This document shows, one piece after another, positions 1 to 8,688 of a stretch of 32,000 bases of DNA. Source of the stretch: Pirellula staleyi DSM 6068 (GTDB lineage: Bacteria > Planctomycetota > Planctomycetia > Pirellulales > Pirellulaceae); contig CP001848.1 of the NCBI GenBank assembly GCA_000025185.1, positions 1,110,001 to 1,142,000 on the forward strand. Direction: 5' to 3'. Every line of letters starts with the position of its first letter. Position 1 is the stretch's first letter. The translations under genes were made by a program, and so were the position numbers. Below the pieces are notes generated by a model. The model was not told the DNA's origin and did not search any database. It was given only the letters and a program-made list of their open reading frames with translations.

Positions 1-1
1 A

Positions 2-229
2 GCCAAGCTCGGATTCCTCGCCGGAGGGATCCTCACGGCAATCTCAGCCACCATTCTCGGAATCGAAGTGCTCGAAACCTTTCGCCGCTCGTATCCAGAA
101 TACTGGCAGTGGTCGCGCGACTGGCTCTCTTTGGCCTGGATCATTGCTACCGAGCTCGCCACGGGTGGCTTCCTCGGCGCCCTTCTCTTCACTCCTCCCC
201 TCGCTCACTGGTGTACTGACAAACGATAG
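2..229 (+). CDS. 3' end of a membrane protein gene (5' part lies outside the window)
   Basis: Frame 2 is open from the window edge to TAG at 227-229. The translation AKLGFLAGGILTAISATILGIEVLETFRRSYPEYWQWSRDWLSLAWIIATELATGGFLGALLFTPPLAHWCTDKR is hydrophobic and TM-like, with GC-rich third positions. It is absent from the ORF track because no start codon lies in the window. Confidence 0.45.
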   Translation, partial: AKLGFLAGGILTAISATILGIEVLETFRRSYPEYWQWSRDWLSLAWIIATELATGGFLGALLFTPPLAHWCTDKR

Positions 230-231
230 TG

Positions 232-309
232 CGTAGGGCAGGCTCCCGCCTGCCGATGCTGCTCAGTTGGCTGGGGTGGGGTCTGTCAAATGGGGGCGGG
301 TGGAGCCGG
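232..309 (+). repeat. Intergenic repeat A, copy 1 (core hairpin GGCAGGC-TCCC-GCCTGCC at 237-254)
   Basis: cgtagggcaggctcccgcctgccgatgct...tgtcaaat...ggtggagccgg aligns by eye with 2578-2654 in the same orientation, at roughly three quarters identity. The core recurs at 8712-8737. It starts 2 nt after the upstream stop codon. Confidence 0.8.
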
Positions 310-470
310 AACTTGGGTTCACGGCAGCTGTGGGCTTGTGAATACCGAAGCATCTCATCCGGTCGTCGATAGATTTTGTTCGGCGACTGTTTTAACAGCT
401 TTTATTCCAGGTAGCACGAGTGAAAGATTACCTAGAAATCATCTACTAAAACCCGGGGCATCACTCTGAA

Positions 471-857
471 CTATGGATTTCGAGGACGAATACCAAATGA
501 CGGCTGCCAATCAAGACTAGGCTTGGGCTTCTTAAATGAATAGTGACCAGATATTACAGCACTCTCGCCAAGATCCTTTGGGACTTTAAGGTCTAAATTA
601 AGTGCTTGACCCGACTCGCGAGCGGCAAAAGCAAAAACTGAAATATTCTTCTCGTCACCGCCAGGATGAATCTTAAGCACAGTGGAAAAAAGATTATGGT
701 CGGGCATGCAGCCTGCTGGAATGCGAATAGAAATTACGCCTTCAGTAACTTTAGTAAGGTCGAGATCGATTTTTTTTGCTTCGTCGTCCTCCTTTCGTTC
801 TCTAAAAGAAATATTAGCACTGAACGGATTCCCAGGGATGGCCTGAGAATCGAGCAA
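471..857 (-). CDS. Hypothetical protein (orphan small ORF in low-GC islet)
   Basis: 128-aa ORF with a TTG start and no recognisable motif. It lies in AT-rich DNA; 60-nt lines here count 35-47% G+C. The IS inverted repeat begins 26-29 nt upstream of its start. Confidence 0.4.
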   Translation of the reverse strand: MLDSQAIPGNPFSANISFRERKEDDEAKKIDLDLTKVTEGVISIRIPAGCMPDHNLFSTVLKIHPGGDEKNISVFAFAARESGQALNLDLKVPKDLGESAVISGHYSFKKPKPSLDWQPSFGIRPRNP

Positions 858-882
858 AAATGGCCAACATGCCTTTCCGTAC

Positions 883-1808
883 TTAGAGCCTATCCGATAA
901 CCCGAAATTGGTATTGAAAAAGAGGTGAGTCCTTTTGTTAAAGGAGAGTTACCACACTCGCACCCTTACAAAAGGACCCACCATGGACGGTGCTGTTAGC
1001 TTTGATGCCTATCGAATGCCCGACGAATTGTGGCAGCAAATGCAATTCCTGTTGCCTCCCTACATTCCCTCCCCCTTGGGCGGACGGCCCAGAGCCGTAC
1101 TACGCGACGTAGCAGATGCCATCTTTTACCGAATTCGCACAGGCTGTCAATGGAAAGCAATACCACGCTGCCTCGCTGCGGGAAGCACCGCCCACAGCTA
1201 CTTTCAGCAATGGGTAGAGCAAGGCGTATTCGACGATCTGTGGCAGCTAGCGCTCGAACTGTTTGACGACCTCGTGGGACTCGACTGGCGCTGGCAAGCG
1301 GTCGATGGAGCGATGACCAAAGCGCCCCTAGGCGGCGAAGCGACCGGCAAAAACCCCACCGATCGGGCCAAGCTGGGAACCAAACGCTCGCTCATGACCG
1401 ATGCTCGTGGCATCCCCGTTGGGCTCGCCGTCTCTGGAGCCAATACCCACGATTCACGTCTTCTTCAAGCAACCTTGGAGAACCGTCTTTTAAGATTCCC
1501 AAGAGATCCTAACTCCCGTTGTGAACGTCTTCTATTAGATAAAGCTTATGACTCCCAAGCTATTCGCACGCTGGTGGAAGAGCAGCTGTCGTTTCGAGCT
1601 CACATTCGCTCACGCCATCAAGAGATTCGGGAAAAGGAGCGTGCTCGACCCAGGCGGTGGGTCGTCGAGCGTACTCACAGCTGGCTCAACCGCTTTCGCG
1701 GCGTACTGCTCCGATGGGAGAAGAAAGTCGACAATCACATCGCGATCCTGCAACTGGCCTGCGCCTTCTATACCCTCAAACAAGCTCAGGTTCTCGGATA
1801 GGCTCTAA
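883..1808 (+). mobile_element. IS5-family insertion sequence (IS427/ISL2/IS1031-like size class), apparently intact
   Basis: Imperfect terminal inverted repeats: TTAGAGCCTATCCGATAACC at 883-902, versus the reverse complement of 1789-1808, which reads TTAGAGCCTATCCGAGAACC. They enclose a single DDE transposase ORF. If the element is 886-1805, it is flanked by TA at 884-885 and 1806-1807. The element has host-like high GC although the surrounding DNA is AT-rich. Confidence 0.85.
983..1801 (+). CDS. IS5-family DDE transposase
   Basis: Motifs typical of IS4/IS5 DDE transposases: MPDELW...LLPP, RTGCQWKAIP, DGAMTKAPLGGE, TGKNPTDRAKLGTKRSLMTD, LLLDKAYDS, WVVERTHSWLNRFRGVLLRWEKK. The ATG at 983 is preferred over the TTG at 935 used by the ORF track. 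Confidence 0.9.
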   Translation: MDGAVSFDAYRMPDELWQQMQFLLPPYIPSPLGGRPRAVLRDVADAIFYRIRTGCQWKAIPRCLAAGSTAHSYFQQWVEQGVFDDLWQLALELFDDLVGLDWRWQAVDGAMTKAPLGGEATGKNPTDRAKLGTKRSLMTDARGIPVGLAVSGANTHDSRLLQATLENRLLRFPRDPNSRCERLLLDKAYDSQAIRTLVEEQLSFRAHIRSRHQEIREKERARPRRWVVERTHSWLNRFRGVLLRWEKKVDNHIAILQLACAFYTLKQAQVLG

Positions 1809-1819
1809 AGGTTGTTGAT

Positions 1820-2212
1820 CTAGACGTAGCCCTCGCCGGACCGGTCAGCAAGAAATCTAACTTGTTGAAAGGTTGAGGCTATCTTGTTCTCAGACACCTT
1901 GTCGACCGCCTGGACAAAAAGGAACGTCGCGTCCTGAAGCCCAAAAGAAACAGTTTTATTGGCGCAGTGAAGTTCGTCAAGAAACTGTACCGGACTTGTG
2001 GCTAATCCTAGCAAATCTTCAGCAGACATGGACACTTCCTTGTCATCATCTAACTTTGACTCGATCGCCGCAATATTTTCGCCAACACCACCTATTCGTA
2101 TTACCTCAAATTGGTCACTTGGGTTAATGCCTAGATGTTTAATAATGGCGAGCACTAAATCTCCGATTGGTAGGCGATTCGTGGTTGGCTGGCGGTCGAA
2201 AATTGTGATCAT
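1820..2212 (-). CDS. Hypothetical protein (position consistent with an immunity-type partner of the upstream toxin-like fragment)
   Basis: 130-aa acidic ORF that starts 15 nt downstream of the stop of ORF 2228-2488 on the same strand. AT-rich, with no recognisable motif. The functional label is positional inference only. Confidence 0.45.
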   Translation of the reverse strand: MITIFDRQPTTNRLPIGDLVLAIIKHLGINPSDQFEVIRIGGVGENIAAIESKLDDDKEVSMSAEDLLGLATSPVQFLDELHCANKTVSFGLQDATFLFVQAVDKVSENKIASTFQQVRFLADRSGEGYV

Positions 2213-2227
2213 TGTTATTGTGAACCG

Positions 2228-2608
2228 TTATGGTGTTTTCAGCGGTATAGCAGGACCTCGATGAAAGCCGCCTCCGATTGGGTTATCCGGATTAGCTGGA
2301 GTTAAGTTGTGCTGGTGTGGATCAGGATGAATTTCCGGGTAGCCATGGTCGGTGAAATCAATATCCCGTGTCGGCACTAGACGCCCTTTCTCATCGTACA
2401 TCCATTCTCTCGCTTGCGGCTCTGCACCGTGCGATTTAGTTGAGCGGCCAAGCTGGGTATGAGGAGAGTCGCAATCTGGCTTAAGCACACCATATTTGTC
2501 CTTCGGCAGCGTTCTCTGTACTGCTGGCGAATTCGAACGAACATAACTTCCTGCTTTTGGAACAGGTTCTGGAAGTTCGTAGGGCAGGCTCCTGCCTGCC
2601 GATGCTAC
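2228..2608 (-). pseudogene. 5'-truncated C-terminal fragment of a larger (toxin-like?) gene
   Basis: The ORF track gives 2228-2488 with a GTG start. The same frame stays open for 40 more codons upstream (VASAGRSLPYELPEPVPKAGSYVRSNSPAVQRTLPKDKYG) with no ATG. It ends at a stop at 2609-2611, inside repeat A copy 2. It carries a His-rich motif, DIDFTDHGYPEIHPDPHQH. Confidence 0.4.
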
Positions 2609-2654
2609 CTAGTTGGCTTAAGGGGATTTGTCAAATTTTGGCCGGTGGAACCGG
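2578..2654 (+). repeat. Intergenic repeat A, copy 2 (core hairpin GGCAGGC-TCCT-GCCTGCC at 2583-2600)
   Basis: Direct-orientation copy of 232-309. The only difference within the core hairpin falls in the loop (C to T), so the stem is preserved. Confidence 0.8.
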
Positions 2655-3001
2655 CCCTACACGGGCTTGGGGTCTGTGCTGAGCTTCGCACAATACAGCC
2701 TTACAAAACAGTCACCCAGCATAGCCATATTGCAGAGATGTCCTGCGCGGGGACACAGCACAGCTACTCAGCACCGGCACCAGGGCAAACACCAGCAGCT
2801 TGGCTAGGAGAGATAGATGTTCGAACAGCTAAAGGTCTCGCCCAGCAGCAGCTCAGGTTAGTGGTGACGGGTGCGTGAAACGGGGCGGTGGTGGGTGGTT
2901 GATGGGGGAGGGGCGCGCGTGATGTTGCGCGAGCGCGCGCTTTTGGGACGTAAGTCGTTATTTTTCGAGCAAAAGTTGCGCGCTTGCGCCCCCGGCGGGG
3001 C

Positions 3002-3802
3002 TTATTTCAGCAGCTCGAGGGTCTCGAGAATCATGCTGGCGTGGACCACCGAGGCGAGCCCAAACCGGTGGCGCAAGGTGGTGGTGCCGTAGATGGTCCG
3101 GACCTCTTCGTTGAGGAGTTGCTGTCCCGAGATGAGGCCGATGATCAGCTGCGTCGGGGGAGCATCGGTGCGCGACTCGCGAACGAGGAAGACCGGCCCG
3201 CCGCTATCCCCTTCAAACGTGTTGGCGCTCAGGAAAAAGGTCTTCGTTTTAGCGGTCGGCAGAAGGGGATAGGTGGCGATGGGGCCATCGCGGACGATCG
3301 CAAAACCGGCCTTACTTCCCTCCTCGCGATGCGGATAGCCGAGGCAGGTGAGGTTCTCGCCCGGATGGACTTTGTGGGTTCGAAGCGCTTCGTCGCCCGC
3401 GATCGTTTCGGCCGGGATCAGCACATAGTCGGCCCCCTCGGGGAGCTCGACTGCGATGGCGGCCACATCGGCGGTGGGATGCTTGGCCCAGAGTGGTTTG
3501 CCTTCGCTCCGAATCGCCAGTTTCGTGGGGATTTTGCTGTATTCTCCCTCCGCTTCGAGCCTGCGAAACAGCAGCGTCGTTTCGTCGCCAGGGGTCCCCT
3601 CGAGGACATGATTGGCGGTGACGAGCACGGGTCGCTGGCCGTCGGTGGTGGCGATGAGAAAGCCGGTGGCGGTCGATTTATCGTGACTGATTTTCAGCGT
3701 GGCCCGCAGCATTTGCGTGGTGAAATCGTCGTTGGCCCAGGCGGCTGGCGAAAGGAGCAGAAAGGCAAAAAATAGAGGCAATTTCAGCGAGGTCATAACC
3801 AT
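3002..3802 (-). CDS. Secreted trypsin-like serine peptidase (S1 family)
   Basis: N-terminal signal peptide MVMTSLKLPLFFAFLLLSPAAWA. Catalytic His context VLVTANHVLEG and catalytic Ser motif GDSGGPVF. Confidence 0.85.
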   Translation of the reverse strand: MVMTSLKLPLFFAFLLLSPAAWANDDFTTQMLRATLKISHDKSTATGFLIATTDGQRPVLVTANHVLEGTPGDETTLLFRRLEAEGEYSKIPTKLAIRSEGKPLWAKHPTADVAAIAVELPEGADYVLIPAETIAGDEALRTHKVHPGENLTCLGYPHREEGSKAGFAIVRDGPIATYPLLPTAKTKTFFLSANTFEGDSGGPVFLVRESRTDAPPTQLIIGLISGQQLLNEEVRTIYGTTTLRHRFGLASVVHASMILETLELLK

Positions 3803-3991
3803 CTTTCACGGGGGGAAACTTGACACGCAGGGTCGCTTGGCGACAGCGGTGCAAAGGAGCTGGCAGGCCCTCTATTTTTGTTGCGCGGCGGGCTGGTGTC
3901 GATAAATTTCTTCGGATTTGGTGTACACCTCGGTAAGCTTCAAGGAATCTCTCCTTCCGAAGCGGTCGATTTTTTCGGAGTCCTCTCGATC

Positions 3992-5509
3992 ATGAAAACG
4001 TGGTTACTCACTTTTGGCGCGCTGTGGTTGATGCTGTTTGCGACGAACTTGCGCGGGGCTGAAACGGAGTCAGCCCGTGCCAAACCAGCGCGGCCGAACA
4101 TCGTGATTTTGTATGCCGACGATATGGGGTGGGGGGATCTTGGGGCGCAGAACCCGGACTCGAAAATTCCGACGCCGAATCTCGATCGACTCGCCAGCCA
4201 AGGGTTGCGCTTGACTGATGCTCACAGTTCGTCGGGCATTTGTACGCCCAGCCGCTACGCGCTGCTGCATGGCCGTTATCACTGGCGCAAATTTCATGGC
4301 ATTGTGAACTCGTTCGATCAGAGCGTGATGGATGACGAGCGCGTGACAATGGCCGAACTGCTGAAGACCGAGGGGTACAAAACAGCCTGCATTGGGAAGT
4401 GGCATTTGGGCTGGGACTGGAATGCCATCAAGCGTCCCGGCGCGAAAGGTGGCGCGCAGGGAACCGGCTTTGCCGCCGAAGATTTCGACTGGAGCAAGCC
4501 GATTCCAGGAGGTCCGCTGTCGCACGGTTTTGATTACTACTATGGGGACGATGTGCCCAATTTTCCTCCCTACGCTTGGTTTGAAAACGACCGGATCGTG
4601 GTGCCGCCGACCGTGCGCGTGACCACTACCGAACCAACAGCGGAAGGGAACTGGGAAGCGCGCCCAGGGCCAGCAGTGAAGGACTGGGATTTCTGGAACG
4701 TGATGCCGACGCTGACCGACAAAGCAGTTGCTTGGATCAATAAGCAGAAAGCGGACGAGCCTTTCTTTTTGTACTTCCCGTTCACTTCTCCCCACGCGCC
4801 GATTGTGCCAACGAAAGAGTTCACCGGCAAATCGCAAGCCGGTGGTTTTGGCGACTTCATGACCCAAACCGACGCCACCGTGGGACGGGTGCTCGAAGCG
4901 CTCGACAAGCAAGGGCTCGCGGAAAACACGCTGGTGATTTTCACCGCCGACAATGGGCCCGAACATTATGCCTATGAGCGCGTCCGCAAGTTCGAGCATC
5001 GCAGCATGGGTCCACTGCGGGGACTGAAGCGCGACCTGTGGGAAGGTGGTCATCGCGTGCCGATGGTGATCCGCTGGCCCAAGCATGTGCCTGCGGGCAA
5101 AGTGAGCGACGGGCTAATGAGCCAGATTGATCTGCTCGCCACCATCGCCACGATTGTCGATGCCGAGATCCCCGCAGGATCAGCCGACGATAGCTACAAC
5201 CAACTTCCACTCTGGACAGGAACCGCCCCCAGCGCCCGCGATACGCTGGTGCATAACACCAACGCGGGCGGCTACGCGATTCGCCACGGCCACTGGGTAC
5301 TGATCGACGCCAAATCGGGTGGCGTCTCGAAAGTCCCCGCCTGGTTTGATGAAGCCAGCGGCTACACCGCCAACAAACAGCCGGGAGAACTCTATAACCT
5401 TCAAGACGACCTGGCTCAAAAGCACAATCTCTACGCCGATCACAAAGAAAAGGTCGACGACCTCAAAGCCCGCCTTCAAACCATTCGCGAAAAGGGGCAA
5501 GTGAGGTAG
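3992..5509 (+). CDS. Arylsulfatase (Cys-type, formylglycine-dependent)
   Basis: Signal peptide [24 protein letters not shown] starting from the ATG at 3992. Metal-site motif [11 protein letters not shown], FGly motif [12 protein letters not shown], and downstream GKWHLG and FTADNGP motifs. The ORF-track start at 3878 adds 38 implausible residues. Confidence 0.9.
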   Translation: MKTWLLTFGALWLMLFATNLRGAETESARAKPARPNIVILYADDMGWGDLGAQNPDSKIPTPNLDRLASQGLRLTDAHSSSGICTPSRYALLHGRYHWRKFHGIVNSFDQSVMDDERVTMAELLKTEGYKTACIGKWHLGWDWNAIKRPGAKGGAQGTGFAAEDFDWSKPIPGGPLSHGFDYYYGDDVPNFPPYAWFENDRIVVPPTVRVTTTEPTAEGNWEARPGPAVKDWDFWNVMPTLTDKAVAWINKQKADEPFFLYFPFTSPHAPIVPTKEFTGKSQAGGFGDFMTQTDATVGRVLEALDKQGLAENTLVIFTADNGPEHYAYERVRKFEHRSMGPLRGLKRDLWEGGHRVPMVIRWPKHVPAGKVSDGLMSQIDLLATIATIVDAEIPAGSADDSYNQLPLWTGTAPSARDTLVHNTNAGGYAIRHGHWVLIDAKSGGVSKVPAWFDEASGYTANKQPGELYNLQDDLAQKHNLYADHKEKVDDLKARLQTIREKGQVR

Positions 5510-5536
5510 ATCGCTTCTCAATCCCCGGTAGTACTC

Positions 5537-5634
5537 CGTCTAGCAATCAATGTCAGGCAAAACGGGGTGGCACTGCTGGCTTGTCCAGCAGTGTGAGTCG
5601 CAGCTAAGGATGACATTAACCGATAGACGAAGTA
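5537..5634 (+). repeat. Repeat B copy 1: 98-nt palindromic (MITE/REP-like) element
   Basis: 100% identical to 11960-12057 by base-by-base comparison. Perfect central hairpin CACTGCTGG-CTTGT-CCAGCAGTG at 5571-5593. Outer arms 5537-5555 and 5611-5629 are inverted repeats matching at 15 of 19 positions. It begins 28 nt after the sulfatase stop. Confidence 0.9.
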
Positions 5635-6018
5635 GTTGGTCAGGTGCGCGATAGGAACCTGGCGGGCGGGAGTGATGCCACTTCGATCGCTGGAGACTCT
5701 TTGGGGCAGGCGTGGCGAATGAGAGCTCCGCCCTCAGCGCTGGGCCACGCTCGAGCGGGCTGCAAAAAGCGGGATTTGTGAAGGTTTTTCCTGACCCCAG
5801 AAATGGGGCCTGTGATTGGAATTGGAGTGTACAGTCGGTTATACTCCGGAGCCCGGATGAAAATCTCGGCGACTCTAGGGGCACCTTAACGGCTGTGAAA
5901 GAGTCGCAAACCGGCAGATCCCCTGGGCACTGCGACGCGTGCCAGTGGCACCTCGCGACCTCTGGAGCAGCTGCCGTGCTCCGTTCTGTTTGTTTCCCGC
6001 CTAAGTGAGTTCTCTACC

Positions 6019-8682
6019 ATGACTTTGAGCCGATTTCTCTCCACGGTCGCAGTCGCCAGCTTTTGCTGGTGGGCCGCACTGACCGCCGTCGCTGCCGACG
6101 CGCCTTCCCTGAAACTCGAGAAGGGTGATCGCGTGATCATCGTCGGCAACACCTTTGCCGAACGGATGCAGTACTTCGGCAACTTCGAAGCCTTGCTGCA
6201 AAGCCGCTTCCCAGAACTCGAACTCGTGGTCCGCAATCTCGGCTGGTCGGCCGACGAGATCTCGCTCCGCCCACGCTCGGCCTCGTTCGCCGATCACGGT
6301 CACAAGCTGGCCGATCATCAGCCTCACGTGATCATTGCCTGCTTCGGTTTCAACGAATCGTTTGCTGGTGAAGCTGGTCTCGAGAAGTTCGAGAAGGACC
6401 TCGAGAAGTTCCTGCGTAGCCCCCAAAACATCGATCAGTTCACCAGCAATCGTGGCAACTGGGATGGCTCGCCTGAAGCCAAGAAGGAAGATTCGCCGCT
6501 GAAGAATCTTCGTCAAATCGTGCTCGTCTCGCCGATTGCTCACGAGAACCTGAAGAAGGCCTCGCTCCCCGATGGCTCGAAGAACAATGCCAACCTCAAG
6601 CTGTACACCGAAGTGATGAAGAAGGTGGCCGAGAAGAACGGTGTGCCATTCGTCGATCTCTTCACCCCTTCGCTCGCTGCGATGGAGTCGGCTGCCAAGC
6701 CACTGACGATCAACGGCGTGCACCTCAATAACGAAGGTGATGCCGCTGTTGCCGTGATGCTCGATAAGGGTCTGTTTGGCGATCGTCCTGCTACCAAAGC
6801 CGACATGACCAAACTGCTCGCCGAAGTGAACGAGAAGAACCTGCAGTTCTTCTACGACTATCGCGCGGTGAATGGTTTCTACATCTATGGTGGTCGTAAG
6901 AATCCGTTCGGAACGGTCAACTTCCCTGCGGAATTCGCCAAGCTTCGCAAGATGATTGCCAACCGCGATCAGCGCGTGTGGGCCGTGGCTCAAGGGAAAG
7001 AAGTTCCCGCGACGATCGACGACAGCAACACCGGTGAGTTCACCAAGATCGAGACCAACTTCAAAGCTCCGATCACCGTGCTCCCTCCCACCGAAGCACT
7101 CAAGACGTTCACTGTGGCTGATGGCTACGAGCTCAATGTCTTTGCTTCGGAAGTTGAATTCCCCGACCTCGCCAACCCCGTGCAGTTCTGCTTCGATGCC
7201 AAGGGTCGCTTGTGGGTTGTCACGATGCCTTCGTACCCGATGTACCTCCCTGGTACGCCGGTGAACGACAAGATTCTGATCCTCGAAGATACCAACGGCG
7301 ACGGCCGCGCCGACAAGCAAACCGTTTTCGCTGATAAGCTCCACTTGCCCACCGGTATCGAACTGGGCGATGGGGGCTGCTATGTCTGCGTTCAGCCGAA
7401 CGTGATGTTCCTGAAAGACACCAACGGCGACGATGTCGCTGATGTGCGTGAGTACGTGCTGCACGGTTTCGACAGTGCCGATTCGCACCACTCGATCTCC
7501 GCTGCCACGTGGGATCAAGGTGGCGCGATGTACTTCCAAGAGGGTACGTTCCACCACTCGCAAATCGAAACCCCTTACGGCCCCACTCGCCTAGCCAACG
7601 CTGGCGTGTTTCGCTACGAACCTCGCACCGCCAAGCTCGACGTTTTTGTGAGCTACGGCTTTGCTAATCCTTGGGGTCACATCATCGACAGCTGGGGCCA
7701 GAACTTTGTGGCCGATGCTTCGGGTGGTGCGAACTACTACGGCACAGCGTTCTCGGGCGATGTCGATTACCCAAACAAGCATGGTGGACTCAAGCAGTTC
7801 CTTGCCAAACAGTGGCGTCCCACCGCTGGCTGCGAACTCGTTTCGAACCGTCACTTCCCTGAAGAAGCTCAAGGCAATTACCTGCTCAACAACTGCATCG
7901 GTTTCCAAGGGGTGCTGCAGTACAAGATGCGCGAGGATGGAAGTGGCTTCTCGGCCGATCCGCTCGAGCCACTCCTCAAGTCGAGCGACCTCAGCTTCCG
8001 CCCTGTCGATATCGAGTTTGGTCCCGACGGTGCCCTGTACATCTGCGACTGGTTCAACCCACTCGTCGGTCACATGCAGCACTCGGTTCGCGATCCGAAC
8101 CGCGATTCGAAGCATGGTCGCATCTACCGGCTGACCTACACCAAGAAGCCGCTGCTCACGCCTGTGAAAATCGCAGGCGAGCCCATTCCTCAGCTCCTTT
8201 CGCTCCTGGCATCGGAACCTGAAGAACGGACTCGCTATCGCGTTCGCACGGAACTCCGTGGCCGCGACACCAAGGACGTGATTGCTGAAACCGAGAAGTG
8301 GGTCGCTTCGCTCGATAAGAACGATCCGAACCTGCAGCACCACCTGACCGAAGCTCTTTGGATTCACCAGCAGCACGATGTGGTGAACGAAGAGTTTTTG
8401 AAGACGGTGCTTCGCTCGAGCGAACCGAAAGCCCGCGCTGCTGCCACGCGCGTGCTCTGCTACTGGAGCGACCGCGTGAAGGAGCCACTCAAGCTCCTCC
8501 AAGTGCAAGTCAACGACGAGCACCCACGCGTCCGCCTCGAAGCTGTCCGTGCCCTCTCGTTCTTCGATAGCCAGGAAGCAATCGACATCGCCAGCGAATC
8601 GCTGCTGCACGATCAAGACGACTACCTGAAGTACACGTTCGAAGAAACGCTGAAGACACTCGAGCGCCGCGTCAAGAAGTAA
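6019..8682 (+). CDS. Secreted multidomain protein: N-terminal SGNH/GDSL-like domain, beta-propeller 'membrane-bound dehydrogenase' domain, C-terminal HEAT repeats (no heme motif)
   Basis: Signal peptide MTLSRFLSTVAVASFCWWAALTAVAADA. GDRVIIVGNTFAERM block typical of SGNH-like N-termini in these proteins. FASEVEFPDLANPVQFCFDAKGRLWVVTMPSYP and DGALYICDWFNP blocks typical of the planctomycete/verrucomicrobial dehydrogenase domain. C-terminal HPRVRLEAVRAL HEAT-type repeats. No CxxCH motif found. Confidence 0.85.
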   Translation: MTLSRFLSTVAVASFCWWAALTAVAADAPSLKLEKGDRVIIVGNTFAERMQYFGNFEALLQSRFPELELVVRNLGWSADEISLRPRSASFADHGHKLADHQPHVIIACFGFNESFAGEAGLEKFEKDLEKFLRSPQNIDQFTSNRGNWDGSPEAKKEDSPLKNLRQIVLVSPIAHENLKKASLPDGSKNNANLKLYTEVMKKVAEKNGVPFVDLFTPSLAAMESAAKPLTINGVHLNNEGDAAVAVMLDKGLFGDRPATKADMTKLLAEVNEKNLQFFYDYRAVNGFYIYGGRKNPFGTVNFPAEFAKLRKMIANRDQRVWAVAQGKEVPATIDDSNTGEFTKIETNFKAPITVLPPTEALKTFTVADGYELNVFASEVEFPDLANPVQFCFDAKGRLWVVTMPSYPMYLPGTPVNDKILILEDTNGDGRADKQTVFADKLHLPTGIELGDGGCYVCVQPNVMFLKDTNGDDVADVREYVLHGFDSADSHHSISAATWDQGGAMYFQEGTFHHSQIETPYGPTRLANAGVFRYEPRTAKLDVFVSYGFANPWGHIIDSWGQNFVADASGGANYYGTAFSGDVDYPNKHGGLKQFLAKQWRPTAGCELVSNRHFPEEAQGNYLLNNCIGFQGVLQYKMREDGSGFSADPLEPLLKSSDLSFRPVDIEFGPDGALYICDWFNPLVGHMQHSVRDPNRDSKHGRIYRLTYTKKPLLTPVKIAGEPIPQLLSLLASEPEERTRYRVRTELRGRDTKDVIAETEKWVASLDKNDPNLQHHLTEALWIHQQHDVVNEEFLKTVLRSSEPKARAAATRVLCYWSDRVKEPLKLLQVQVNDEHPRVRLEAVRALSFFDSQEAIDIASESLLHDQDDYLKYTFEETLKTLERRVKK

Positions 8683-8688
8683 CACCCC

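Noticed and set aside
2459-2878. 139-aa plus-strand ORF
   Set aside because: It spans repeat A copy 2 and the ORF-free spacer. The sequence is Cys/Arg/Trp-rich, and part of its reading frame is created by the repeat itself.
2913-2944. GC hairpin GCGCGCG...CGCGCGC followed by TTTT (plus-strand terminator-like)
   Set aside because: No plus-strand gene lies upstream for it to terminate. It is wrongly oriented for the minus-strand protease gene, and it has only four T residues. I leave it as an unexplained structure in the 2655-3001 spacer.
2984-3775. 263-aa plus-strand ORF overlapping the protease gene
   Set aside because: The minus-strand frame has a signal peptide plus His and GDSGGP serine-protease motifs. 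The plus frame is a Gly/Arg-rich shadow.
3878-3991. Long 5' extensions proposed by the ORF track. Also at 8934-9053, 13009-13287, 12857-12925, 24777-24839, 935-982 and 16406-16414.
   Set aside because: In each case an internal ATG is immediately followed by a plausible signal peptide or a conserved family N-terminus. The extension is compositionally non-protein-like or overlaps intergenic repeats.
4070-5086. 338-aa minus-strand ORF inside the sulfatase gene
   Set aside because: A shadow ORF. The sulfatase frame carries CTPSR and the metal-site motifs.
6001-7563. 520-aa minus-strand ORF antisense to the 887-aa gene
   Set aside because: This is a mirror ORF typical of high-GC DNA. Its composition is Arg/Gly/Val/Glu-rich with no motifs. 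The plus-strand partner has a signal peptide and recognisable domain blocks.
7591-8685. 364-aa minus-strand ORF antisense to the HEAT-repeat end of 6019-8682
   Set aside because: Same reasoning: an antisense shadow ORF with no motifs, fully contained in a well-supported plus-strand gene.
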